A stretch of DNA of 64,000 bases from the NCBI GenBank assembly GCA_013265495.1, contig MU057560.1, positions 818,753-882,752 on the forward strand, in the 5' to 3' direction. Below the pieces are notes generated by a model, which saw nothing but the letters and a program-made list of their open reading frames with translations, ran no database searches and had not been told where the DNA came from. The position numbers and the translations under genes were made by a program. Source of the DNA: Vicugna vicugna. Its lineage: Eukaryota. Position 1 is the stretch's first letter, and every line of letters begins with the position of its first letter. Below are positions 10,929 to 23,336 of this stretch, piece after piece.

Positions 10929-13900
10929 AGAACATGCCAGTGCCTGGCAAGGATTCACTGTCTTACACGTTTGAGCACCGGCGACGCGGAGTCGTGCATG
11001 AAGATTTGTATGGTGTCAGAAGGTTTTCCCATGTTCCCACCAAGTAGCGCTCTCTACCTTCTTTTGACTTGGTAATTTCCTTGAAGGGAATTTGAGTTAT
11101 TTTTAAACATACATTTTAACACATAAGGAGAGCCCTCCATGGTGTCTTTAGAGCCTTCCATCTCTGTTCCTTGCCCAACATCGATCAACCACTGTCCGTC
11201 AGAAATGTTTCCAGAATCCAACATTAATGACAAAATGGCATGCCAGTGCTCCCCCTTGGACAGGATGGCACTGACGGGGGCCTCTGCAGCAAGAGCATGT
11301 GTGCTCATTAGCCCAAGGCTGTTGCCAAGACTGCAGGGCTGTTCCTGATTGACTGGTCATGTGAATCTCCCTCAGGGTGTGAAGAACTGTATCAAAGTCA
11401 ATTAGCATCATGCAAAACACATCAACGTAATTTGGCACAGGTTATGTCATGTCATCAACTCACTTTCTGAAAGAAGCTTCAAACTCCTTATCAGGACATG
11501 GAAAACTTCTAAAATCCTCTTCCACCAGCGTTTCCAGCATCCCCAGTTAAACACATTATATTTTAGCAATGGTGAACTGCTTGCCAATTTTCCAAGCACA
11601 GCAATTGCTTTCAGGTCTCTGTGCTTTTTTTGTTTTTCTAAGCTGTGTTCTCAGCACAGAATATAGTATCATTTTCTGCCCATCATAAATCCCTCTGTTT
11701 CAAGCTTTAGGCTGAATGACATTTCTACCATAAGGAGTATTTTGTTCCCTGTAGTCAGAGCACATCATGTCATTCCTTTTGCTGGCTCCTCTGTTATAGG
11801 ACTTACTGAACGTGTGCTTGTCTGGGTGGTAGAAGATACAGTCTCGCCCCGCCGATGACCAGAACTAATTCCACAGATCTGCTTGCTTAGGGACAGCCTG
11901 TCACTGTGCTGCAAGCGAACCTAGTGCAGCTCAGTGAAAGAGAATGATCCTTCCAGAGAGAAATGAACCGAAAGCAGCAGACCATTCTCTTTATGGAAGC
12001 ATGTACCCTCCAGCTGCGTTGTGATGGGACTCAGGTATCACGCGCTGTGGAGTTAGACGTTGTCGACGAGTCATATTTTGTTATTTCTGAGTGGCCCGCA
12101 GGGACCCGGGAAGAGAAGCTGAACTGTGCCCTCTGACTGAGACGCAGCGCCAGGGCTGGAGCCGTGGGAGGGAGCCGGCAATGGAAACTGGATTCTGACA
12201 GAGACAACAGGATCCTTTGGAGAGAGAGCTAGTGACGTCTACCCCGCCCTGAGCATGGATGGAACGTAGTCCATGTCGATACTAAGCAAGGGGTCCCGGA
12301 AGAGTGGAAATGGAGCTCCAGGGTAGAGCGATGCCTGATACTTGAATTCTCTCCATCTCAGCCTGCCTGGGGGCACCTATAAACCAGGACCGGGAGAGAC
12401 AGGCAGCAAACTGGAGGAAGCACCACCCTGAGGGCCCAAGCAATGCCCCTTGGGATCGTTCCTTCCTCGTCCTCCTTTACAGACCAGGACTTGAGCCAGG
12501 GAGGGTGCTCCCTACAGCGCACAGAGAGGCTGAGCTGGAAGTCAGGAGTGGATGAGAGCCCCAGGTGAGCACGTGAGGCTGAGAGCCGGCGGGCCATTGG
12601 GAGTGTACCAGCTACATCTGCATCAGACAAGATGCAGGAAAAGCAAGGACAGGTGTGACAGCTGCCACTTGGATATAAGACAGCCTCATCTTTGGGGGCT
12701 CCCGCAGCATCTCAAGAACTAGGAAGGAAGAGCAGCAGTTCTGTAATTTGGCAGATGAGGGGCGAGCCAAGGTACCTACACGTAAACTCTTCAAATGACC
12801 TTAGCGAGGTTCCTCACACGGTGGGGTTTTTGGAGACACTTGGGTTGCCTGAGCGTTATTCACAGCTTCGTTGGCTTTCTTCGCCACGTGAAGCGGCCCC
12901 GAGGGCTTGCATGGCATCAGCTGCTGCTTCTCTCCCTCCGCAGTTGTTTTCCATGGTGGGCACTAAATACAAATCTGTTTTATTATTGTGATTCTTGTTT
13001 TGCTTTGTTTTTTGAAATAATAACAGAAGGTGTGGGGTCCTAAACGACATAGATAACAACATTTCCGTTCTGGCCAGGAGTTTTTAGAATTTAATTTTGG
13101 ATGAATTTCCAGTTTCTTGTCGATTGATTTAAATCATGTTTCCCTTTACCAGGGCTTATGACAAAATTATAATCCTTTATAATTACTTCTATGATTTCTG
13201 TAGCCCTTCTTCCAGAACCCTAAGAAGCCTGGGTCTTTACATGTTGTAACTCATGTTTAGTTTATACACATGTAACCTCTGTTATTCAGATTGTAGCTGA
13301 ATGCCCAGAGACAATTGCTAGAAACTTCTCTCCTTTCCATTGCCTTTAATTTTCCTTTCTTTAAAAAAATATGAATTTTTGTTGAACAAATTTAATGAAT
13401 ACCAGATTTTTCACCGCAATTTGCCCTATTTTCCAATCTTCTGTGGTTTATCTCAGACATACATTGATCTCCACTCTTTTGAAAAATGAAGCTTTTGATA
13501 AAACTGACTATAGTCGTATCATCTTTCAGAAATGAGGTGTGCATATGTCTCATTTTCCTGTGCTTTCACTGTCATTTAAAGACGATTTTATTTTTGGCTA
13601 ACCTCTTTCCTTTTATGCAGTGACCTTAAGAACGCTTTTTTTCCCAGAAAATAATTGATAAGAGAAACTTTGTTCCGTTTGCCTTCACAATCGTTTTCTG
13701 AAATGAAACAATTAAAGAGATATTATAAGTTATTGGGGTAATATTAAATGCTCCCGGGGGGTCCCTTTTCTTTTAAGTTGCTTCCATGGCTAAGAGACTC
13801 CTTCCTTGCTCTGTAAACAAAAGCAAGTCATAAACAGTCACACTGTCACAGATGTCACAAATGTCCCAGCCGACTGTCTTGCCCAGGCGGGAGGCCCGCT

Positions 13901-15404
13901 CTCCCAGCTCCTCCTCCACTGGCCCAGGTTTGCTGACGCTCACGGTTAGAGGGAACCTGTTGGCGAGTAGCAGGGTCAGGATTGGATCTTGGCTCTAAGC
14001 CCATGAGAACCCTTCAGAAGCAACAGATACATTTTGAAGTGACACAGTTTGCTTTGTGATTAACCGGGACCCGGAAAGACTGACGCTAAGTCTTGAGTTG
14101 TACCTACCGAGCTGATGAGGCTGCTTCACAAAGTATTTCATGCCCAAGACAGTTTGTCTACACCTGCCAGCCTTGGTGACAAGGACACCTTAAACCTTCT
14201 TCTTCCCATTGCGTCCTTTGTTTCCATCCCAGTCAACAAGCACATGAGCGTTCAGAAGCAGTAGACTCAATGAAATCCTCCGACCCAGCTCCCTGGGTCC
14301 CCCTGGGTGCAGGGGACCTCTGATGCCAGCGATGCGGAGGAGAATGAGCTCATGCAGCAAGTCAGCCTACGAATCCTGAGCGATGTTTCACAAGCTTTTT
14401 TTGTCTGCAGTTTTGATCTTCTGGGCAGGTGGAATAAGGTTTAATGAATATATTTTGATTAAAAAAATACATGACTGGTTTCTCTACCCCCAAAGGATAA
14501 ATGAATAGATGAATAAATAAATAATGAGGAGATAGAAAAGAGGGAGAAGGGGAAATTAAACGTTTCCTTTCTGCATACTACAGAGATGCCATTTAAAATA
14601 TAAATATATTTAAGCACAACCATCAATGCCAAGGACTTGAGGAAGATTGTTATCAAATATAATTTATAATAAACTCTAATTACATTACGTTTTTTCTTGC
14701 CAAAGTTTGGCTTTGCTCAAAGAAATGAAATAACCCAGAAATATCAGTATTAGAATAATCCTGTATTTGCAAAACCACAAAAATACTTTTTAATTACGTC
14801 TTTCTGTAGCTAAGGCTGATCTTTCACTCATTGTGTGATTATATTTTGGGTATTTTCTGCCTATTTCCTACAGTTTGAAATAAACAAGTTTATTTTAAAG
14901 GCTGCTACAAATGAATGATCAATCAGAGAGCAAGATATACTATTTCAGGTTTTTGTGGCTGGTCTTTGGTCATCATTTCTGTGTTGTTTCTGACAGTATT
15001 ACTTCTTAAAGACCACCTCCAGAAAATACTTGAATTTCCCCTTCACAAAATAAATAAAAAACACTGGAGCTTGTGTTTTAGAAATTTGAGGCCAATCCCA
15101 GACCTCTGTGATCCTCTGTGTTCACTAAAATCTCAATGAATTGAAAGTTTTGATAATAAAGGGTTGTTTTTTGTTTTACATTTTTTGGAATTATTTTTGA
15201 TGAATTCAGATTCACATAAAACCCGGTTTTGATACTTAGATTATATTCCTGCCTTGTGAGTAGACTGGCTTTTCTTGCAGGTTTCCTGAGAAGCCGCCGT
15301 GGGGAGCACGGGGCAAACCTGGAGGGTCGTCAGGATGCGATTTCTGTAGCACGAGAGCTGTTGTTTTTCCAATTGTGTTTATTTGTTATTATATTACTTA
15401 AATA

Positions 15405-15526
15405 TTTTAATTTTTGTGCGGCTGGGGGGAGGTAATTCGATTTATTTATTATTAGAGGAGGTACTGGGGATTGAACCCAGGACCTGGGGCATGCTAAGCA
15501 TGCACTTTACCACTCAAGTTATCCCC
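15405..15526 (-). mobile_element. Camelid tRNA-derived SINE (Vic-1-like)
   Basis: Reverse complement reads GGGGATAACTTGAGTGGTAAAGTGCATGCTTAGCATGCCCCAGGTCCTGGGTTCAATCCCCAGTACCTCC...ATTACCTCCCCCC: A/B boxes plus the characteristic tail. Confidence 0.85.
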
Positions 15527-17075
15527 TTCTCCCTGTTTTTAACTTTCAATTCAAGTATAACATGCATTATAGGAAAGGACACAAATGCTACCACATACCA
15601 CTGAATTTTAACAAAGGGCACACACTGCACCCGCGGGGACCCCACCGGTGCCCCCCAACTGGCATCTTGTCTCAGCAGCAGGAATTTTGATCCACCACGG
15701 CTAGGCAGCTTTTCCACAGGAGATCAGATGCACCTCACGCAGCATATGCTGTTTTATGCAGGTGGTAGCAAGCATTGCACTGTGAGAAAAATCAATGCAA
15801 AGGAAAACTTAAAATTCTTTACCAAAAGAAGCCTGACTTTTCCTGAGAATTTAGGAAAGACTGCCATTACATAACAGTACTGGGGATTCACCGGGGCCCG
15901 GCTATCGGACGGCAGGGCTGCTGCAGGAGGCTCGGGGACACCGGGCAGATGGCCCCTGACAGCCCGGGGCCCCAGGAAACTCTCTGCGCCTACCTGGCCT
16001 GGGATGTTCCCATGTACATTGTACAGTCCGCTCCTCACTGCAGGGGCGCCCGCCACCCGCTCTGGCCACACCACCTAGGGCCTCTGCTGCCTCCTTTGTC
16101 CCATCTGATGGGTACTCTGGTCTCTGTTATTATGTTCAGGCGCCTTCCTTTTGACTCCAGAGGAAACCTGAACTCATTCTTGTACATTTCCCATTGAGGT
16201 TTCCAGGAGTCTTATGACACTTTCTCCAAGGGGAAGGCTCCGGTGTCTGTCTCCCCCGATGCGTGTCATCCAGTAGGGCCTTGGGTAAGGTCACTTTCAC
16301 ACTCTCTTCCCCCCGACCCCCAACATGACCCACACACATGCACAGCACACACACACTGACTCCGCAGGGCTTGCTGGAGAAGTCCGGGCGACGCCAGCTG
16401 GAAAGGATGAGATGCTGCGGCAGGTGGCTGCACTGCGGAGGACTGTTGTAGAAACCAAACCTACCATCTCACCTTGTGGATGGAGTGGCAGGGCACCTCA
16501 CTGATTCCTGACCTCAGCTGAGTTCATGCCGCTTCCTGTCACCTGGTTGCTCAATGCCTCCCCACCACCCTTCGTGGAGAATTTGCCTCTGACTCGACTC
16601 ATCATTTCCTTCCTTGAAAACAGACTTTTTCTGTGGCAAAAGGGAGATCACCGTTAGCCCTCACCACAACCCCCACACTCTCTGACTCCAGATGTAAAGA
16701 AAGTCTTTGCGCGAACATTTCCCAGAATCAGGAGTAAACTCTGGGAAAGAGAGGGTCTCTGCAGAGCTGCCTGGGTGATGGTCTGGAGAGCCAGGTCAGC
16801 GCCCCGCTCCGCAGTGAACAGGGACCCTTTGCGATCTGTTTTTGGAGTTGTAATTGTTTTTCACGATGAGGATGATTGCTCTGAATTGAAATCTCCTAAT
16901 GAGAGCTGTTCTCTGAGATCACTAAAATCAAAATAACAGGAAGATTCTTTTAAGTTCTGCAGTGGGATTTACCCCAAGACCCATTTTTAAATTTGCAGGC
17001 TTGAATTAGAGGTGATTGCTCCAGTCTTCCAACACAATACTTTTTCCGTGACAAATGACACAGAGAGATCTTACC

Positions 17076-17550
17076 TTTCTGAAGCACCATCTTGCTCACA
17101 AAGAGATGCATGGTGTCTTCACACACGTGCCAGAAAGTGTCGTAAATAATTTCAGTGACGTGCCGCTTGTCCAAGGGCAATACAGAAAGTGCACTTGGTA
17201 ATGAAATACCCATGTGCTTTTATCTTAATCTCCTTAACTTACTGGGGAGCAAAATTTACCAGATGGCTGGTTCTTCCTGCTATTAATAGAAATAGTAAAA
17301 TCTTACCAGGTGTATTTATGTCAACTGTAGTTGACAAATAATGAACATTGTCACCAAATAAGATGTTTCCCTGAAATGAATACATACACACACGCACACA
17401 TATACTCAGTAAGTGTAGAAATATATACATGTATGCGTGTGCACATATTCAGATACACACATGTGAAAAGTGCTAATCGCCTGCGGTTAGGCCCTCCTGG
17501 AACAGTAGCCACAGCAAAGCAGAGCTGACCTGGGGCTCTGCTCCCTCATT
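17076..17550. repeat. Long inverted repeat, left arm
   Basis: Reverse complement of ~18571-19027. 17076-17382 pairs ungapped with 19027-18721 (constant coordinate sum 36103). Confidence 0.95.
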
Positions 17551-18570
17551 CCGAGTGTTTCCAGCTGGTGACGGTGAACACCCTCTGTTTCCCCATGTGG
17601 CCCCTCCCTTGTTCTTCCAACTTCTCGCCTCCTCTTATTTATTTCTTTACTTACTTCCTAACTCCTTTATTATCTATCATTCATCCTGCAGGAGGGACCT
17701 GGGTGACTATTTTTGGAGCACGTCCAGCTGGCTCTGTCCCCCTCGGCCCGAGGCACGCGTGCTCTGCTCTGGGGGGCGTTTATAGGCAGCCGTGAAGCCA
17801 TCACATCGCACGGCCAGCGCAGGTTTTGAGCGAACTCACTTAGCAATGCAGTCACGTGCTTAGCAAAGCCGCAGAAGGGACTCCCGTGAGACGAGACTTT
17901 CGGAGTGAGTCTCTGTGCTCAGGGCTGAGGGCGAGCTGAAGGCCTCGAGGCCCGGAGTTGTGCAAACGTGTGTGAGTCTGCTCCTGGAAATCACGTCCCG
18001 CTGTGGCTGACTGTCCCTGAAACACCAGTGCGCGGCTCACAGCTGTCCCCGGAGCACCAGGAAGTCTCCCTCCTCCATCTGAAGATGTCTACGTGTGCCC
18101 TCCCTCTTCTAAGTGACAAATTTGTGTCACAGTGACTGCAGTAACCATGGCAGCTGAGCCATAATTATTGTACTTAATTCTTTTTCTCAAGACGTCACCC
18201 CATAGTGAGAAGAAGCAGGGCCTGAGGACAGGGTGTGTTTAAGTCCCAGGAGCTAGAACAACCACGCCCGCTAGGGCTTCGCCACGGCAGAGGCCGTGCC
18301 TGCTGTGAGTCCGCTGCGTCCGTCAGGGGGTTTCCGCTTGTGCACATCACTGTCTTCATGGGCATCCAGACCTGATTTTCAAAAATGAAGCTGCAAGGAC
18401 AGATCTATACGGCTTTTGCAGCTAGTAAATAATAGACAGCCAAGATTTGGTGCTAAACCAGGGTCATCATTTGAGACATCCAGAGAAAAATCAAGCTGGT
18501 TTTTGAGAGCAATTCAGACAGAAGTGTTGTGTTTTTACACCTCAACCTTCAGCTCAGCTCAGCTCAGCTC

Positions 18571-19027
18571 AATGTGGGAACAAAGCCCCAGAGTCAGCTC
18601 TGCTGGGACCACTCTCCCAGGAGGGCCTAAAAGCAGGCGATTAGCACTTTTCACGTGTGTGTCGGAATATGTGTACACATACACACGTGTGTATTTCTAA
18701 ACGTACCGAATATCTATATATATTTATTTCAGGGAAACATCTTACTTGATGACAATGTTCATTATTTGTCAACTACCGTTGACATAAATACACCTGGTAA
18801 AATCTTACTATTTCTATTAACAACAGGAAGAACCAACCACCTGGTAAAGTTTGCTCCCCAGTAAATTGAGGAGATTAAGATAAAAGCACATGGAGATGTC
18901 ATTACCAAGTGCAATTTCTTTATTGCCCCTGGACCCATAGAATTTCACTAAAATTGCTTCTGACACTTCCCCGCACACGTGTGAAGATCCCGAGTATCTC
19001 TTTGTGAGCGCGACGGCCCTTCAGAAA
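18571..19027. repeat. Long inverted repeat, right arm
   Basis: See left arm. Also visible as the near-identical ORFs 17239..17430(-) and 18655..18864(+) (FQGNIL..DNVHYLSTTVDINTPGKILLFLL). Confidence 0.95.
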
Positions 19028-21730
19028 TGCGACTCAAAAAAAAAGCATTTGTCTGAAGGAGGACTCATCAGTGTATTTTTGGTTTTGTTGTCCTAGTCTG
19101 TGCTAATCTATTTCTGAGTAATTTAAGGTCCTTTAATTTGAGATTTGAGACAGTTCAGAGAAAAGCCAAAATCTTTTATTTTCATGATTTTCTTAGATTT
19201 GTGCTATCACCGAAAGGGCCAGTTTTGTAATACAGAAAGTAGAAATGCAAACACTCTGCCACATTTTCCATATATAACATTTACTTCAGTGACCAGTCTC
19301 TAATGAAATCAAGATGTGGCTTGTGCTCACAGAAAACTCCATTATTTACAAACTATTTTGACAGGCACGTATAACCCTGATTGAAATAGGGAAGAGAGTA
19401 GATTTCTCTCATCCTGTAAGTTAACTCTTAGTCCCTCCATCTTCATCTGTGCACGAAATCTGAAGACCGACTTGTTACGTTTCTTGAATTCAGTCTTCGT
19501 CACAAGTTCTGGAAGGTAAATGGCTGTAGCCATTTGCTACCTGGATGTCAAGCTCCCCTAACGGGGCGTATTTGGTCTACTTACCATTGAAATGTGAGCT
19601 TACGGAGTAAAATCTATCAAGTGTTGGCCCCAAGCAGATTTTGTTGTTTTTGTTTGTTTATTTTGCTTTTTAATTTTTTTTAACTTCCATTTTCTACTTG
19701 AAGAAAGTAGCTGCTTTTTTTTTTTTGGTAAATCCCTTAAATAGACACATTCTTTAATGTTGAAATCACAAAGCCTTTATATTTAAGACATTTTCTTTTA
19801 CTTAACTGAAACATATGCCTTGAGGGCAAGACAGAAAAGATAAGTTAAATTTGAATCGGACTCGTCAAACACACACACACACACACAATTTTTTAAGTTT
19901 GGTGAATTCAATTACTTTTCATTGCCAACATTATGTATTTCCCAGATTTCAGACTTAAGACCTCACAGTAAAATCTTTTTTTGTTTTATACAATCCATCT
20001 TAATTAACTTATAGCTAAGACGTGCAGGTCTGTTACCACAGTGCCTTAAGAGTCTTAAATCACTGAGCTAAATCTGTTTTAACTGCTGACTTCTGACAGG
20101 GATTCAACTTCCATTTCTGAGCGGTGTTCTGCTCCAGCTTGTGGACACAGCACTGTGTGTGTGTGTAATTCTAAGAATGGATATGGAAATGACAAGCCCG
20201 ATTTCAACATTTTAAAAGATTTTTTGTCTCTCCATTTTAAATATCATCTGTATATGTACACACACACACACACTCACAGCTAGACCCCAAAGTGTAAAAA
20301 CAAACTAGAGTTGGCTGGTCTGTTGGTCCCAGATAAGGAGTCAAGTGAATGGCAATTTGCATTTCCGCACATGCAAATTCATGTTCAGATCGCCTTTCTT
20401 TGTTTAACTTGGCTCTTTAAGGACTGTGTTCTTGAAATCTGTGCCAGGCGGTTGGGAGAGAAGTTTTCCACAGTCCCAGGCCCGGCAAGGGTGCAGCTTA
20501 GAGTACATAGTGAAAAGCAGGAGAAGTAAATAAATACATACATGTAAATAAAGGTTATTTTTTTTAAATGGCTCCTTTCTCATGGCTGTGTTTTTGGGAA
20601 GGTTTGCTATGCGCCCCCTTCCCCATGACTGCCCATCACCTCCATCCCTTCTCCTGTGGAGACAGGACAGGAGCCGCACCTTCCGGCACTGGCTTTGGCT
20701 CCGGCATCTTTTTCCTGCGACCCCTCCCCAGGGGGCACACTCATCCCCAGCCTGTCCCGCGGGGCCCCGCTGCACACATGCAAGGAGCCCACTGGGTCCG
20801 GGCCCCCTGAGGAACCTGGCCCCTGGTGCATTCCCAAGCGGAGATAAAGGTACTAACAGTGTGCTAACAATATGCTAATTAGAAAAGTGTCTTTTGAGCT
20901 GTTGGGAAAGTCCAGAAAATGAAGTATTTCAAAAGTGAGGATTTCTCAGAGAGTCCCCAGGTAGAGGCTGTGTGTGGACAGTGGCTTGACTGGTCAGTCT
21001 GCTTCTCGAGGCTTCCATCTCTTTGTTGGCTGTGAGCATGGGGTGACCGGGACGCATCACTTCCAAGACACCTCCAGGCTCCAGCATCCTCTGGTCCTTT
21101 CCTGAATCTGCATAGAACTTACCTTCCTTGCATTTCACATGTTTCTGGAGCTAAAGGCAAGTCGGGGTTGTGTGAGAAGGTGAAGCCTGCGGACAAGCCT
21201 CTGTCACAGCTGCCCAGCAGGTCAGGGGTCCTGCGTCACCCCGTTGCCCTTGTGCTGGGCCAGGTCCCCTGAGATGGGAGCTGGGGGGCCACTGCAGTGG
21301 GTGCCCCAGGCCCCTCACTGAGGCCATATCATTCACAAGGTTCTTCTGAGGGTCCTGAGACGAGTTACAATCACTGCTGATGCGCCAATGCATCCGCCTT
21401 CTCAGAAAGCAAGGGTGCATTTGAGCAGTGGTCTGAGCTCTCCAAAGTGACTTCACTTCTGTGAGTTCCTCACCGCATCGCAGAGCTATGGGGAGGAGGT
21501 GACTGAAGCTGGATGGCGGGCTTGGCTGTGCCGTGTGCACCCCCTCACCATGCAGACCAGGTAAAGGGTGGGGGCAGGTTAGGCAAGGAAGGGATGCGCT
21601 GTGATGGACAATGCGGTTTCCTGGGACCCTGTCTAGTTTCACTTTTAATAGAAGCCTGCCTCTGAAGTATTACAATTAGGAATATTGGTGAGGTTTTGGA
21701 AAAGGGTAAACACATTACCTAAAAGATAAG

Positions 21731-22218
21731 GACTGGATAAAGAAGATGTGGTATATTTATACAATGGAATACTACTCAGCTATAAAAACTGACAACATAA
21801 CGCCATTTGCAGCAACATGGATGCTCCTGGAGAATGTCATTCTAAGTGATGTAAGCCAGAAAGAGAAGGAAAAATACTGTATGAGATCGCTTATATGTGG
21901 AATCTAAAACAAACAAACAAACAAAGCATAAATACAAAACAGAAATAGATTCACAGACATAGACTACAAACTTGTGGTTGCCAAAGGGGTGGAGGGTGGG
22001 AAGGGATAGACTGGGATTTCAAAATTGTAGAATAGATAAACAAGATTATACTGAACAGCACAGGGAAATATACACAAGATCTTATGGTAGCTCACAGAGA
22101 AAAATGTGACAATGAATATATACATGTTCATGTATAACTGAAAAATTGTACTGTACACTGGAATTTGACACAACATTGTAAAATGATTATAAATCAATAA
22201 AAAATGCTAAAAAAAAAA
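21731..22218 (+). mobile_element. Young 5'-truncated camelid L1 with poly(A) tail and TSD
   Basis: L1 3' end 'gactggataaagaagatgtggtat...', AATAAA and A-tail; flanked by AAAAGATAAGGAC (21721-21733) and AAAAGGTAAGGAC (22215-22227), a 13-bp TSD with 1 mismatch. Confidence 0.92.
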
Positions 22219-22754
22219 GGTAAGGACACCAAATATCTGTGCACAAAAAATTAGCCACATCAAGCAAAATTCTCCATAATTAACAGCGGTTTTTAGGACT
22301 GAATCTTTCCCTGACACTTCGGATAGACTATTTCAGTACCCAAAGCCCGGGGAGAGGTCTGGCCCGTCGCTTCTCAGCACGGGGCGGGGTGTGCGGGTAG
22401 CGCTCGCACGGAGTCCTTGTCCCGTGCTTCCCGAGGGCGCGGGCCTCCATCCGCCGAGTGAGTGCGCCCTGACCTCCCCGAGCTCCCGAGGTAATGCTTT
22501 CACTTTGACAGTCTGTTAATTTCACTCCTAACTGCTTCCCCTCGTCACCCCACTTTGCTGGCAGAGACGCAAATTCTGGCCTCAGTCACTGTCTGAAAAA
22601 TGGCAATGTTTTGTTGCAGAATAATTCTTGCACAGAAAACCAAGGGAACTGTTTATTGCAAGGTTCAGAACATAAATCTGGAGTCACCTGGATCTGGGTT
22701 TAAATTCAATAGGAAAGTCATGTCCTTTTTTGTTTGTTTTAGCCGTCTAACAGG

Positions 22755-22960
22755 TTTTTTTTTAATTGGAGTACAGTCTGTTTACGTGTTGTGTCAGTTT
22801 CTGGTGCACAGCACAGTGTTTCAGTCATACGTGTACATACATATATTCCTTTTCGTATTCTTTTTCATTATAAGTCACTACAAGATATTTAATACAGTTA
22901 CCTGTGCTGTACAGAAGAAACTTGTCGTTTATCCATGTCACGTTTCGTAGTTAGTGTCTG
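22755..22960 (-). mobile_element. L1 3'-end fragment
   Basis: T-run followed by 'aattggagtacagtc...gtgtcagtttctggtgcacagc...ctacaagatattt', the antisense of the L1 tail. Confidence 0.85.
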
Positions 22961-23298
22961 AAAACCCCGACCTCCCGGTTTGCCCCTGCCTACCGCCCCC
23001 CAGTGACGCGCAGACGGAGGAGGCTGCCATCTTTCTGACCTGCTGCTGCCTGCTCCTGTGGCCCTCAGGGCTCCCCGTCCTTCCACCCAGTTTTTCCTTT
23101 GACATTTCAGGATGTTCACACTCTTATTTAATTGTAGGAGCAGCTTCCATACTTGTGATTTAGTTCAGCTCCACGAACGCTTAGCGGGCCGCAGCCTGGG
23201 CTGGAATTTGAGATTGTGAGACACGATCGCGCCTTCATGGAGCTTACAGGCTAACAGTTGCCCCTACGTTCGTCTCCCCCTTTGCATCTTCCTGACCC

Positions 23299-23336
<38 letters not shown>

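Noticed and set aside
17076..19027. Inverted repeat read as DNA-transposon TIRs or as an assembly error
   Set aside because: No TSD, no recognisable terminal motif or transposase, and identity is lower at the outer ends than in the core, unlike TIRs. The arms are too diverged for a read-level artefact.
19342..19533. 63-aa minus ORF with protein-like composition (MATAIYLPELVTK...)
   Set aside because: No recognised homology, no convincing flanking splice sites, and a length expected by chance.
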